Positions 1-10,382 of a DNA stretch of 64,000 nucleotides are shown one piece after another. The position numbers and the translations under genes are program-made. Location of the stretch: assembly GCA_963676795.2 (NCBI GenBank), contig CAXXTB010000002.1:960001-1024000 (forward strand), written 5' to 3'. The DNA comes from Geopsychrobacteraceae bacterium. GTDB taxonomy: Bacteria > Desulfobacterota > Desulfuromonadia > Desulfuromonadales > Geopsychrobacteraceae. Each line of letters opens with the position of its first letter. The first letter of the stretch is position 1. The notes beneath the pieces are model-generated. The model was given only the letters and a program-made list of their open reading frames with translations. It searched no databases and had not been told where the DNA came from.

Positions 1-350
1 GGCAGCAGCGGCCGGTGCAGGTAGTAGAAATTGATGACCAGATCAAACGGCCCCTGCGGCAACTGCGGCTGTTTTTCCAGGTCAACCTCTGCAGTCGCAA
101 TCTGCAGATCGAACTCCTGTGCTTCTGCCTGTAATTGTTTCAAAGCAATGGCGGAATAGTCGATCGCGGTCACCTGATAGCCGTGCTGGGCCAGAAACAG
201 GGCGTTGCGGCCACGGCCGCAGGCGACATCCAGTGCCGTACCGTTGTGAAACAGTTCTTCCTGCTGGAGCAGCCAGTTATCGACCTTCCAGCCGTCATGT
301 GAATCACGGTTCTGCCAGCGTTCGTTCCAGTATTCCTGGGTCCGGGTCAT
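1..350 (-). CDS. Class I SAM-dependent methyltransferase (TehB-like), 3' end runs off the window
   Basis: Manual translation from ATG at 350: MTRTQEYWNERW...ALDVACGRGRNALFLAQHGYQVTAIDYS...FDLVINFYYLHRPLL; SAM-binding motif I (LDVACGxG). Not in the ORF track. Confidence 0.85.
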   Translation of the reverse strand, partial: MTRTQEYWNERWQNRDSHDGWKVDNWLLQQEELFHNGTALDVACGRGRNALFLAQHGYQVTAIDYSAIALKQLQAEAQEFDLQIATAEVDLEKQPQLPQGPFDLVINFYYLHRPLL

Positions 351-359
351 TGTTTATCC

Positions 360-1226
360 TTAGCGTTTGAGCAGCCAGACGGCAATCAGAGTCAGTATAA
401 TTCCCCCGATTCGCCGGTGTGTCAGTTGTTCACGATAGATCAGCGCCGAAAGGACGATGGCGATGACGAAATGCATGCCGACGATCATGGCGATCGAAGA
501 CAGCGGTCCAGATTCGAGTGCGGTCAAAAAGGCGTAGAAGCCGAAGAAGTTGAGCACGCCCATCACCAGGCCGATCAGCACTGAGGCTTTGATGTTGCCA
601 TGGTCGGCCGATTTTTTCCAGGTTCGGTTGATCAGCAGGGAAAAGAGCGTGGCGAGCAGGTAGGAGAGGGCCATGAAGTCGGTCTTGCCGGTGTGGATTG
701 CAGCGAATTTGCAGGAGAACGATGACACCGCCCCGCAGAGAATCGCGCCGGCTAAGAACCAGTAGCCGCTTCTGGCATAGTCGACAACCGACGAACCGCC
801 CGATTTGGCCGTATCTCGACCGAGGATGACCACTACGCCAAAGCCGAGCAGAACCCCCAGCCATTGCCAGTGACTTAACTGTTCGCCGAAATAGATCACC
901 GAAGCGAGGATGACCAGGATCAGGTTGAGACGGTTGATCGGGAAGGTGACGCTGGCCGGCAGGTGGCGCAACGCTTCGATATGCAGGATCGTCGCTCCGG
1001 CAAAGGAGGCGCTGTTGATCAGCGACAACAGCAGCAGGACTCTGAAATCGCTTGGCGGGGTCTCGCCGCTGAAGTAGCTGACGGCGCTTAACAGCGTGAC
1101 CGTGCCCATGAACAGGGCGGTGGTCAGGGCCGAGTTACATCTCTTCTCGGCGGTGACCTTGTAAAGAAAGCGCTGACTGCCCATCAGCAGCAGCGCGATC
1201 AGGCTGTAGAGATACCAGCTGCCCAT
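360..1226 (-). CDS. EamA/DMT family transporter
   Basis: 288 aa, about 10 hydrophobic segments in two repeats, with 'YFGEQLS..QWLG' and 'IYREQLT..RIGG' ends typical of EamA repeats. Confidence 0.85.
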   Translation of the reverse strand: MGSWYLYSLIALLLMGSQRFLYKVTAEKRCNSALTTALFMGTVTLLSAVSYFSGETPPSDFRVLLLLSLINSASFAGATILHIEALRHLPASVTFPINRLNLILVILASVIYFGEQLSHWQWLGVLLGFGVVVILGRDTAKSGGSSVVDYARSGYWFLAGAILCGAVSSFSCKFAAIHTGKTDFMALSYLLATLFSLLINRTWKKSADHGNIKASVLIGLVMGVLNFFGFYAFLTALESGPLSSIAMIVGMHFVIAIVLSALIYREQLTHRRIGGIILTLIAVWLLKR

Positions 1227-1230
1227 CTTC

Positions 1231-1502
1231 TAGTATCCTGTCATGCTAAAAATGTTGCATTCAGCGTGATAAGAAGCTGTTGACAGCGAGGCGTGTGAGC
1301 GCAAGGACACGATAGATCGAATTCGAGCGAACGCAACATAAGCAGATGGCCGCTTATCATCACGCCCGAAGGGAGTATCACCTACACGCCAATACTGCGT
1401 TACAGCCCTTGTCAAGGGAGTCACCATTGTCTGCTGGCTGCGCCTTATCTTGACGTGCAGGTGAAGCTCTGAAACAAACATTTGGGGCATGGCAGGACAC
1501 TA
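1231..1502. mobile_element. MITE-like 272-bp element with 26-bp imperfect terminal inverted repeats
   Basis: Left TAGTATCCTGTCATGCTAAAAATGTT (1231-1256) vs reverse complement of right end TAGTGTCCTGCCATGCCCCAAATGTT (1477-1502), 21/26 identical; TA at both ends; no credible ORF. Confidence 0.65.
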
Positions 1503-3509
1503 ACACTCGGCATCGTCGATGATCCAGTGAATGACCCGGCGCGGGCCGTGGACACCGACGGTCATGGTCCCCTCGATATCACCGGTGCGGCTCGGGCCGC
1601 TGACCTGGATCAGGCGCGATGGCATGGCTTCGCTGTTGTCAGCCATGTAGGCTTTCAGATCGGCATAGAGCACGGAGCGCGCTGTCAGGGTCAGCTGAAC
1701 CTCCGGCAGCAGCGAGGCGAGGGTGCCGTGCCCCGGCCCTGTGGCAAAGACCAGCGAACCGGTTTCGGCCAGGTAGGCCTTGCTGAAGGTGATGCCGACC
1801 CTTGCCTGATCGAGCAGCGCCATGTCAAAGGCCTGATCGGCGGCGCAGGCGGCAATCTGGCAGTCACCGGCCGCAAGGCTGTCACTCAGCAACTGATGCA
1901 GTTCCCCGGGCCAGCTCCCCTGCGGCAGAGCGACGAGCGAACAGTCTTCCTGGGTGAGCAGTTGCTGCAATCGACCCGGAATCTCCTGGCGGGCAAGCTC
2001 CGCAACTTCGACACCAATGGCTGCCGAACGCTGAAGGTAAAGGCTGAACAGATCCTGCTCTTCCTCTGGGTGCGGAGTTGCTTCGGTCTTGTCCTGCTGC
2101 GTTTCGCGTTTGAGCTGCAGGTGTGGCCCGGTCTTCTGGCGCTGTTGCCACCACTGGCGGAAGCCCGGTTCCTCCTTCGGCTGCGGCATCTCATGGTTCA
2201 TCGCCCAGTTGCCGGCGCTCTTGTTGAGCTTGGGCAGCATGCCGGCGAGCTGCGGATTGCGCAGCACCTTGCGCAGGGCCTGAAGACCGTTGCGATAGGC
2301 GACCGGCGAGGTGGTCAGGCGCGCGGCGATATCCGAAGAAAAGGCAACCTTGCCGCTGCGGTTGCGCAAGGAGCGATGATAGTCCGGCAACGGAATCTTG
2401 ACCGCGCAGACCTCGGCACAGCGGCCACAGAGAGTACAGGCGTTGGCCAGATCCGGATACTCTTCGGAGCCCCACAGGGTCGATGAGAGGACCGAGCCCA
2501 TCGGTCCGCAGTAGGGTGATTCGTAGGCGTGGCCGCCGACTGCCTTGTAGACCGGGCAGTGGTTGAGGCAGGCGCTGCAGTGCAGACAGTGGAGCATCTC
2601 GCGCCAGGGGCTGACGGCGATATCGCGGCGGCCGTTGTCGAGCAGCACGACATGCAGCTCTTCCGGGCCTTCAGTTTCACCTTCGCGGCGCGGTCCGGTG
2701 GTCATATTGATATAGCTTGAAGCGCGCTGGCCGGTGGCTGAACAGGTCAACAGCGAGAGGAAGTCGGGCAGGTCGGCGAGCGACGGAATCAGTTTCTCCA
2801 TACCGACCAGGGCGACCTGAACCCTCGGCAGGGTGGTGCACATCCGGCCGTTCCCCTCGTTGGTGACGATGGCGATGGTGCCGCTGTCAGCGACGGCGAA
2901 GTTGCAGCCGGTGATCCCCATCCCCGCGTCGAGGAAACGCTGGCGCAGCACCTTGCGGGCAAAGCGCACCATCCCTTCGACATCGAGATCTTTCGGTGCG
3001 CCGATCTTCTCGGCGAACAGCTGACGGACCTCATCCTGGTTGCGGTGGATCGCCGGAGCCATGATGTGTGATGGATGTTCACCGGCGAGCTGGATGATGA
3101 ACTCGCCAAGGTCGGTTTCGGTGACCTCGACACCGGCTTGCTGCAGTGCGTGGTTCAGCTCGATCTCCTCGGTGGTCATCGACTTCGATTTGACCGCTGT
3201 CGAGACGCCTCTTTCGCGGGCGATCGTGGCGATGATCCGGTTGGCCTCGGCGGCATCCCTGGCCCAGTGCACCTGGGCGCCGAGCTCTTTGAGCTTGGCG
3301 GCGAACATGTCGGACCAGTGGTCGAGGTTGGCGGACACCTCGAGCTTGCGCGAACGCCCCCAGGCACGCAGCTCTTCGAACCCCGGTTTGCTGTCGGTGG
3401 TTCTGGCGCGCATACTGGTCAGCAGCCCGGCGGTCTTGCGTACCGCGTTCTGCAGGCGCTTGTTGCTGATGGCCCGGGCGCTCTGGGCGCGGAAGTTGCG
3501 GCGGCTCAT
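1500..3509 (-). CDS. lutB: Lactate utilisation protein, LutB-LutC fusion (LUD + 2x[4Fe-4S] + LUD)
   Basis: KSKSMTTEE, ETDLGEFIIQL, TNEGNGR, CLHCSACLNHCP and CTLCGRCAEVC (LutB); C-terminal SGPSRTGDIE..GVHGP (LutC). Confidence 0.9.
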   Translation of the reverse strand: MSRRNFRAQSARAISNKRLQNAVRKTAGLLTSMRARTTDSKPGFEELRAWGRSRKLEVSANLDHWSDMFAAKLKELGAQVHWARDAAEANRIIATIARERGVSTAVKSKSMTTEEIELNHALQQAGVEVTETDLGEFIIQLAGEHPSHIMAPAIHRNQDEVRQLFAEKIGAPKDLDVEGMVRFARKVLRQRFLDAGMGITGCNFAVADSGTIAIVTNEGNGRMCTTLPRVQVALVGMEKLIPSLADLPDFLSLLTCSATGQRASSYINMTTGPRREGETEGPEELHVVLLDNGRRDIAVSPWREMLHCLHCSACLNHCPVYKAVGGHAYESPYCGPMGSVLSSTLWGSEEYPDLANACTLCGRCAEVCAVKIPLPDYHRSLRNRSGKVAFSSDIAARLTTSPVAYRNGLQALRKVLRNPQLAGMLPKLNKSAGNWAMNHEMPQPKEEPGFRQWWQQRQKTGPHLQLKRETQQDKTEATPHPEEEQDLFSLYLQRSAAIGVEVAELARQEIPGRLQQLLTQEDCSLVALPQGSWPGELHQLLSDSLAAGDCQIAACAADQAFDMALLDQARVGITFSKAYLAETGSLVFATGPGHGTLASLLPEVQLTLTARSVLYADLKAYMADNSEAMPSRLIQVSGPSRTGDIEGTMTVGVHGPRRVIHWIIDDAEC

Positions 3510-4255
3510 GATTTTGCTCCTTCCAGCGCTTCGGCGATCAGTTCCGCCAGGTGTACACAGCGTAAGGCTTTACCGCGCTTCTTGGCGCCGCCGGAGATAT
3601 GGGTCAGGCAGCTTAAGTCAAGAGAGGTCAAGATTTCCGCCTCGGTGGAAAAGATATTGTCCAGCTTGTCTTCCAGCAGCTGGCCGGAGATCTCCGGCAG
3701 CTTGACGCTGAAGGTGCCGCCAAAGCCACAGCAGGTGTCCTTTTCCGGCAGGTCGATGTAGTTGGTCCCGAACAGCTGGGTCAGGTACTCTTCTGCGACG
3801 CCGCGCAGGCCGATGCCGCGCAGGGTCTGGCAGCTGGAATGGTAGGTGACGCGCATCTGCCGCGGATGCGCAGGCAGCTCACGCACCCCGGCCTTGTTGA
3901 GGAATTCACAGAACTCAAAAGTTTTTGCGGCCAGAGCGACAAACCGGGCATGCAGCTGCGGATTGTCGGCGAACAGCTGCGGATAGTTGTTGCGTACGGT
4001 TGAGACGCAGGAGGAACTGGGGGCGACGATCGCCGCGGAGCTTTCAAAGACCTTAAGAAAGTGCAGGGCGACCCGTTTGGCCTCGGACACTTCGTTGCAG
4101 TTGACCCATTTCTGGCCACAGCAGGTCTGTTCCGCTGGGAAGTCGACCCGAAAGCCCGCCGCTTCAAGAACACTGACGACGGCGCGTCCGGCCGACGGGT
4201 AGAGCGCTTCGGCAGAGCAGGTCAGAAAGAGAGAGACGTTTGACGGTAGAGACAT
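3506..4255 (-). CDS. lutA: Lactate utilisation protein A (CCG-domain Fe-S protein)
   Basis: QTCCGQ, TYHSSC, CCGFGGTFSVK and DLSCLTHI motifs; overlaps the lutB start. Confidence 0.9.
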   Translation of the reverse strand: MSLPSNVSLFLTCSAEALYPSAGRAVVSVLEAAGFRVDFPAEQTCCGQKWVNCNEVSEAKRVALHFLKVFESSAAIVAPSSSCVSTVRNNYPQLFADNPQLHARFVALAAKTFEFCEFLNKAGVRELPAHPRQMRVTYHSSCQTLRGIGLRGVAEEYLTQLFGTNYIDLPEKDTCCGFGGTFSVKLPEISGQLLEDKLDNIFSTEAEILTSLDLSCLTHISGGAKKRGKALRCVHLAELIAEALEGAKS

Positions 4256-4271
4256 GAAAACTCCTGAAACT

Positions 4272-5537
4272 TTATAAAACCGAGGCCACGTAGGGGCCGC
4301 CCGGCATGGCGTAGATCTGTTCGCTGTTCTCGCACAGCTCGGCCAGGGTTGCGTCGAGGTCGCTGACCAGGGTGATGCCGAAGGGATCGACCTGCTCTTG
4401 CGTCAGCCCCGGGGCATAGAGCAGGATCCGGCCGGCTTTCTCAAGGGTCTGAAAATAGACCTGGGCTCCCCACTGGTCAATGACGAAATTCTCCGGATCG
4501 CTGTAGATGCGGCGGAATTCGCTTGGTGAGGCCTTGGCTGAATTGATGATCTCGCAGTAGCTCTTGCTACCTAAGCCCTCGCTGCAGCCGGCGATCATCA
4601 GGATGGTCCCGCCCGGTTTGACGATCTCACCGGCCGCGACCAGCCCCTTGGTGGCCTGATAGAAGAGGGCGTCGAGTGGGTAGCCGCCGCCGCTGGTGAT
4701 GACCAGATCGGCGGCTTCTCCGACATGCACAACCGAATTTTCTTCGGCTTTGCGGCAGCCGGCATTGAAGGCCTCGATCACATCGCCGGCGAAGACGGCC
4801 ACCGGCTGCTTGGCGTGATCGACGATGACGTTGACGATGAAGTTGACCCCCGCCTTGGCGCAGATTGCATTGATATGCTGGCGGAACGGGTTGTCTTCGA
4901 CGCGGGTGGTGGCCACCTTGGGGTGGTCGACCAGGGCGAAGGAGTGCATGAACTTCATGGTGTCAAAGCTGGAAATTCCCGGCAGGATCGATTTGCCGCC
5001 GCCGGAGAAACCGGCAAAGGGGTGTGGTTCGATCAGCCCGGTGAGGATCTTCAGCTCGGCATCGAGGTAATGGCCGTTGACCTCTATGCTCGCGCCGTCG
5101 ATGGTCATGATGTGGCGCAGGAGGTTCTTGTCTTCGCAGTCGTGGTTGATGATCCGGTAGTTGTCGGCGATCTCTGCACCGACCAGCTCGATCAGTTCGT
5201 CCCCAAGGTTGGGGCGGTGCATGCCGGTGGCGATCAGGATGGTGATCTTGTCACGGGCGATTCCGGCGTTTTCCAGGGTCGCCAGAAGTGGCGGCAGGAG
5301 CAGTTTGTTCGGCACCGGCCGGGTGATGTCGGAGATAACCACGCAGGCCGACTGCTTGCCACTGGCCAGCTCAGCCAGGGGCAGAGTGCCGATCGGGTTG
5401 ATCAGTACTTCGGCGATCTCTTCAGGCGACAGCCGTGAGGCATTGTGGCTGGCGCTCTGGATGATCCGGCAGCGGTTGTCAGCGATCGGCAACTCAATAT
5501 CCAGACTGTCGCGATGACAGGGAAACGCAATCTTCAT
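4272..5537 (-). CDS. larA: Nickel-pincer-dependent lactate racemase family protein (LarA homologue)
   Basis: SDITRP, IATGMHR, EPHPFAGFSGGGKSILPG and GGGYPLD..YQATKG motifs. Confidence 0.9.
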   Translation of the reverse strand: MKIAFPCHRDSLDIELPIADNRCRIIQSASHNASRLSPEEIAEVLINPIGTLPLAELASGKQSACVVISDITRPVPNKLLLPPLLATLENAGIARDKITILIATGMHRPNLGDELIELVGAEIADNYRIINHDCEDKNLLRHIMTIDGASIEVNGHYLDAELKILTGLIEPHPFAGFSGGGKSILPGISSFDTMKFMHSFALVDHPKVATTRVEDNPFRQHINAICAKAGVNFIVNVIVDHAKQPVAVFAGDVIEAFNAGCRKAEENSVVHVGEAADLVITSGGGYPLDALFYQATKGLVAAGEIVKPGGTILMIAGCSEGLGSKSYCEIINSAKASPSEFRRIYSDPENFVIDQWGAQVYFQTLEKAGRILLYAPGLTQEQVDPFGITLVSDLDATLAELCENSEQIYAMPGGPYVASVL

Positions 5538-5546
5538 AAATTGATC

Positions 5547-6824
5547 TTACCTCAAAAACAGGTTCGGCAGCAGCAGGGAGATGGCCGGAATATAGGTCAC
5601 GGCCAGCAGGCAGAGCAGCAGCAGACCGAGGAAGGGGAGGACCCCCCTGACCACGGTTTTGATGCTTTCGCCGGTGACCCCCATGGAGACAAACAGGTTG
5701 AGTCCAAATGGCGGGGTGAGCATGCCGAACTCGATATTGAGGACCATGATGATGCCGAAATGGACCAGGTCGATGTTGTACCCCTGCAGGGTATCGAGAA
5801 ACAGCGGCGAGAGGATCAGCACCGCGCTGACACTGTCCATGAAACAGCCGAGCAAGAGCAGGAACAGGTTGATGACCAGCAGAAACAGCCAGGGGCTGTC
5901 GATGTGGCTCATGACAAAGTTGGCGACCAGCGCCGGAATCTCTTCCGAGGTCAGCAGCCAGTTGAAGGTCATCGCGCCGGCGAGCAGGAAGAGCAGGCAG
6001 GAGGCCATGATCGAGGCGTCCTTGCAGATCTCCGGTATTTCCAGAATGGTGCACTCGCGGTAGATGAACAGCTCGACGATCAGGGCATAGACGACGCTGA
6101 TGGCGGCCGCTTCGGTCGGGGTGAAGATGCCGCTGTAGATACCGCCGAGGACGATGATCGGCAGCAGAATCGCCCAGAAGCCTTCCTTGCCGGTGCGCAG
6201 GACTTCGCCCCAGGACGGTCTCTGCTCGATCTTCCAGTTGTTCTGCCGTGAGCGCAGCAGGGTATAGATGATCAGCACCACGCCGATCAGCAGTCCGGGC
6301 AGAATCCCGGCGAGAAACATCTCCTGAACCGAGACGTTCATGACCATGCAGTAGAGGATCATCGGGATCGACGGGGGAATGACGATCCCCAGCGAGCCGG
6401 AGGTGGTGATCAGACCGATGGAGAAACGCTTGTGGTAACCGGCTTTGACCAGGGCGGGGACCATGATCGAACCGATGGCGACCACGGTGGCCGGGCCGGA
6501 GCCGGAGATCGCGGCAAAGAAGATACAGGCCAGAACCCCGGAGATCCCCAGCCCCCCAGGGATCCAGCCGACCAGCGAATTGATGAAAGCGATCAGCCGC
6601 TTGGCGATGGCCCCCTTGGTCATGATGGTGCCGGCGAGAACGAAGAACGGGATCGCCAGCAGGATAAAGTTATCGAGCGAATTGAACAGCTGCTCGACCA
6701 CCGCCTGGGTCGGGGTGAAGGAGAAGAAGTAGAGGGCGATCATGGTGACCATGGTCAGCATGAAGCCGAGCGGCACCCCGGCCAGCATCATCACCACAAA
6801 ACAGATTGCAACGGCGGTCATCAT
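5547..6824 (-). CDS. dctM: TRAP transporter large permease
   Basis: LLAIPFFVLAG, FAAISGS, IPPSIPMI, GIFTPTEAA, TPPFGLNLF; start moved to ATG 6824 (MMTAV) behind AGGAG, overlapping the dctQ stop. Confidence 0.92.
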   Translation of the reverse strand: MMTAVAICFVVMMLAGVPLGFMLTMVTMIALYFFSFTPTQAVVEQLFNSLDNFILLAIPFFVLAGTIMTKGAIAKRLIAFINSLVGWIPGGLGISGVLACIFFAAISGSGPATVVAIGSIMVPALVKAGYHKRFSIGLITTSGSLGIVIPPSIPMILYCMVMNVSVQEMFLAGILPGLLIGVVLIIYTLLRSRQNNWKIEQRPSWGEVLRTGKEGFWAILLPIIVLGGIYSGIFTPTEAAAISVVYALIVELFIYRECTILEIPEICKDASIMASCLLFLLAGAMTFNWLLTSEEIPALVANFVMSHIDSPWLFLLVINLFLLLLGCFMDSVSAVLILSPLFLDTLQGYNIDLVHFGIIMVLNIEFGMLTPPFGLNLFVSMGVTGESIKTVVRGVLPFLGLLLLCLLAVTYIPAISLLLPNLFLR

Positions 6825-7318
6825 GCTGGTTGCTCCTGCTTGTTGGTGTTTTTGCCGAGAAGCGCCAGAAGGCCCAGGCGATAAAAACGGATGGCCATAA
6901 TGAAACAGAAAAAGGGGAGCGGCAGATAGGCCAGATACATCGGCATCTGCATGGCCGCCGAGGTGTTGCCGTATTTCAGGTTGGTCTGAACCAGACCAAA
7001 GCCGTACCAGGCGAGGATCAGCAGAGCGCTGCCGCATACCAGACCGATCAGGACTTTAAGAATCCGCCCGATCAGCGGCGAGACGCTGGTGGACAGCAGG
7101 TCCATGGAGAAGTGCATCCCGTACTTGACCCCGAGAGACGCGCCGAGAAAGGTGGCGAAGATGCCGACATAACGACCGGCTTCCTCAAACCAGGTAAAGC
7201 TGTAGTCGAAACCGTAACGGCAGATGACCTGGATGACGGCGACAATCGCCAGGCCAAGAAAGGTCAGGCTCAGGACCAGTTCTTCGATGCGCCCGAGCAG
7301 GGTGAATAGCTGTTTCAT
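6821..7318 (-). CDS. dctQ: TRAP transporter small permease
   Basis: 165 aa, 4 TM segments, QVICRY..WFEEAGRY..H motif; lies between dctP and dctM. Confidence 0.9.
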   Translation of the reverse strand: MKQLFTLLGRIEELVLSLTFLGLAIVAVIQVICRYGFDYSFTWFEEAGRYVGIFATFLGASLGVKYGMHFSMDLLSTSVSPLIGRILKVLIGLVCGSALLILAWYGFGLVQTNLKYGNTSAAMQMPMYLAYLPLPFFCFIMAIRFYRLGLLALLGKNTNKQEQPA

Positions 7319-7406
7319 TGGTACTCCGAACGGACCAGGAGGGAGGGGTGTGCCCCTCCCTCCTGGTCTGATTTGTTGCTGAATTTTGTGCTTGCCCGGA
7401 AAAGGC

Positions 7407-8423
7407 TTACTGCTTGTGCTCTTCGATCTTGGCGAGCATGAAGTCGAAGATATCGTCGCCGATCAGGCCGCGGTATTTGTTCCAGACCGGGGTCATGGCA
7501 ACACGGAATACCTCGCGCTCTTCCGGTGTCAGGTTGACCAGCTCGACATTGTTCTGCCTGCAGTATTCCTCGATCGAAATGCCCAGCTTCGGCAGGTTCT
7601 GTTTGATCTCGGCGTTACGTTTGCGGTTGACGTCGGTGGCGATCTTGGCCGCATCGCGCAGGATCTGCTGATTCTTCGGGCCGATCCTCTTCCAGAAGTC
7701 GGGATTGACGATGATGATGCACTCGGTCAGCGCGTGCTGGGTGTTGGTCACGTACTTGGTGACCTCGGGAAACTTCATCAGCACGGCCGTCATCAGCGGG
7801 TTTTCCTGGGCATCGATGACGCCGGTCTGCAGCGCGCTGTAAACCTCAGGGAAGGGAATGCCGACGCTCGATGCGCCGAGCTGGTCGAAGGTGTCGAGGT
7901 AAGCCGGGGAGTTCATGACCCGGACCTTGAGTCCCTTGATATCTTCAGGTTTATGAACCGGTCGCTTGGTGTTGGAAAAGTCGCGGATCTCGTTTTCGAC
8001 CCAGCCGATGCCGACAAAGCCCTTGGCCGGCAGGTAGGAGAAGATCTTCTCCTTGACCGCTTCGTCATCAAGAACCGCATAGGCGGTGGCACGATCCGGG
8101 AAGAGGAACGGCATGTCGAGAATCGCAGTCTCCGGGACGAAGTTCTGGAAGACGGCGGTGGTGACAGCGGCAATCGGCAGGCTGCCCGACTGGACCTGGG
8201 ACGCCATCGAACGTTCGTTGCCAAGCTGGCCGAGCGGGAAGGTGGCGATGTCGATCTTGCCGCCGGTCTGCTCGCGGACGTAATCGGCAAAGGCGTTCAG
8301 ACCGTCCGACATGCCGTGGAAGGTCGGAGCGATATGCCCCAACTTGACCTTGGCGGCCATCGCCGGTGTTGACAGGGTGACTGCGATCAGCATGAACAGC
8401 ATGCCTCTGATAATTTTTTTCAT
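7407..8423 (-). CDS. dctP: TRAP transporter periplasmic substrate-binding protein
   Basis: Signal peptide MKKIIRG...AMA, GQLGNE, DIKGLKVRVM, EVYSALQTGVIDAQENP; start at 8423 after GGAGGT. Confidence 0.92.
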   Translation of the reverse strand: MKKIIRGMLFMLIAVTLSTPAMAAKVKLGHIAPTFHGMSDGLNAFADYVREQTGGKIDIATFPLGQLGNERSMASQVQSGSLPIAAVTTAVFQNFVPETAILDMPFLFPDRATAYAVLDDEAVKEKIFSYLPAKGFVGIGWVENEIRDFSNTKRPVHKPEDIKGLKVRVMNSPAYLDTFDQLGASSVGIPFPEVYSALQTGVIDAQENPLMTAVLMKFPEVTKYVTNTQHALTECIIIVNPDFWKRIGPKNQQILRDAAKIATDVNRKRNAEIKQNLPKLGISIEEYCRQNNVELVNLTPEEREVFRVAMTPVWNKYRGLIGDDIFDFMLAKIEEHKQ

Positions 8424-8770
8424 CTTGCTACCTCCCGGTTTGCCATTAAAAAATATGTCCAAAGAAACGTTTATAATAGCGCTTGTTTGGTCTTGAGAAA
8501 CTTATGTTTTGTCAAATGAATAAGAACGTTGTTTTAAGTAAATGCTGCGTGAGTTCAGGGGGTTGCAAGATAATATAGGGGCTGGCAATAGTCAAGGTTG
8601 TTGCATAGCTCATCGTTTCGACATATTTTGTTTGATGGCAGGAAAATTATTTACCTGGTTATCCGCCCGGCTTCAGTTTTTCACTATTTGCGGGGCTGTT
8701 GACCATCAGTGGGCGGGGTAAGGTGAACTGTCGTGGTATGGTTTTATAAAAACGAAAGGCGTCAATAGCG

Positions 8771-10138
8771 ATGGTTGAACCAAAGGATACCCAGTCACCG
8801 ACCGAGGCCATTCTGGAGAGTATCTCCGACGGGGTCTTTACCGTCGATGGCCAGTGGCGGATTACCTCCTTCAACCGTGCTGCAGAGGAGATTACCGGTG
8901 TTCCGCGTGAGGAAGCGATCGGCCGGATCTGCGCGGACGTCTTCCGCTCCAGCATGTGCGGCGATGGTTGCCCCTTGAAACAGACCCTCAAAACCGGCAA
9001 GCCGCTGATCGGCATCACCGGTTATATTATCGATGCCGACGGGGAACGGATTCCGATCAGTATTTCTACCGCCGTGTTGCGTGACGGAGACGGCCGGGTG
9101 ATCGGTGGTGCCGAGACCTTCCGCGATCTGTCTGAGGTCGAGGCTTTACGCCAGGAGCTGGAAACCCGCTTCCGGGTCGGCGACCTGACCAGTCACAGTC
9201 CGTTGATGCAACGGATCTTCGAGGTTGTTCCGGCGATCGCCGCCAGCCCGAGTACGGTTCTGATTCTTGGTGAAACAGGAACCGGCAAGGAGGTCATGGC
9301 GCGGACCATCCATGAGCTGAGTCCGCGCAAGGACGGTCCCTTCATCGCTGTCAATTGTGGCGCTCTTCCGGACAACCTGCTTGAATCGGAACTGTTCGGT
9401 TACAAGGCCGGTGCTTTCACCGGGGCCCAGAAGGACAAGCCCGGGCGCTTTGCCCTGGCCAGCGGCGGGACACTGTTTCTGGATGAGATCGGCGAGGTCA
9501 GTCCGGCCCTGCAGGTCAGGCTGTTGCGCGTACTGCAGGAACGCTGCTATGAACCGCTCGGAGGGACCTCTTCCGAGCCGGCCGATGTCCGGGTGATTGT
9601 CGCAACCAACAGGGATCTGAGCGAGCAGGTGCGCAGCAAGGAATTCCGGGAAGATCTCTACTACCGGATCAATGTGGTGCGTATCGAACTGCCGCCGCTG
9701 CGCAACCGCAAAGAGGATATCCCGCTGCTCGCCGAGCAGTTTGTCGCCCGTTTCAACCGTCTGCAGAATAAGCAGATAGAGGGCGTTTCCGCAGAGGCCC
9801 TGTCGCTGTTGATGGCTCATCACTGGCCGGGGAATATCCGTGAACTGGAAAATGTCATCGAACGGGCCTTTGTCCTCTGTGTTGGTGGCATGATCAGTAT
9901 TGCCCATCTGCCTGCTGAGATGACAGCTCATAGCGCTGCTGCGGCAGGTACGGATATCCGTACTGCTCATGATGTCCTCGATGTCCAGGCGATTTACGCG
10001 GCCCTGGAGCGTAATTCATTTAATCGCTCAGCTGCCGCGCAGGAGTTGGGTATCCACAAGACCACCCTGTTCCGGCGGATGAAGAAGTTGGGGATGGCCC
10101 TGCCCGAAGAGGATGGCCGGACAACCCGCAAGTCTTAA
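8771..10138 (+). CDS. Sigma54-dependent PAS-AAA+-Fis activator, OrpR-like
   Basis: PAS domain with C-x8-C-x3-C ([14 protein letters not shown]), [15 protein letters not shown]-terminal HTH; directly upstream of an orp-type cluster. Confidence 0.9.
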   Translation: MVEPKDTQSPTEAILESISDGVFTVDGQWRITSFNRAAEEITGVPREEAIGRICADVFRSSMCGDGCPLKQTLKTGKPLIGITGYIIDADGERIPISISTAVLRDGDGRVIGGAETFRDLSEVEALRQELETRFRVGDLTSHSPLMQRIFEVVPAIAASPSTVLILGETGTGKEVMARTIHELSPRKDGPFIAVNCGALPDNLLESELFGYKAGAFTGAQKDKPGRFALASGGTLFLDEIGEVSPALQVRLLRVLQERCYEPLGGTSSEPADVRVIVATNRDLSEQVRSKEFREDLYYRINVVRIELPPLRNRKEDIPLLAEQFVARFNRLQNKQIEGVSAEALSLLMAHHWPGNIRELENVIERAFVLCVGGMISIAHLPAEMTAHSAAAAGTDIRTAHDVLDVQAIYAALERNSFNRSAAAQELGIHKTTLFRRMKKLGMALPEEDGRTTRKS

Positions 10139-10160
10139 GGGGGGCGATTCAAAACAGCTG

Positions 10161-10242
10161 AAGATCAAAATCTCGGGGTCGCGGCCCCGAACGCCGCCTT
10201 GCTTTTTGACCGGGGCCTCAAAAAGCAAGACAAAAACGCCCA
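10161..10242 (+). repeat. Structured intergenic repeat (double hairpin); its first 35 bp recur at 10622-10656
   Basis: AAGATCAAAA(T/C)CTCGGGGTC(G/T)CGGCCCCGAACGCC occurs twice (33/35 identical); followed here by hairpin TTGCTTTTTGA...TCAAAAAGCAA. Confidence 0.7.
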
Positions 10243-10382
10243 TTTATCTTGTCGACATTGTTTCTGCGTAGCATCCCTCCAGCTCACATCATCACGCCCC
10301 AAGATGGGCAAGCGCATCAACGGGCAGAACCGCAGAAACTCCTTTGGTGTTTCGATAAATAGAACCTGACAATGGCAATGCC

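Noticed and set aside
6825..7037. N-terminal extension of DctM (apparent DctQ-M fusion)
   Set aside because: Out-of-frame overlap with dctQ; the true start is 6824.
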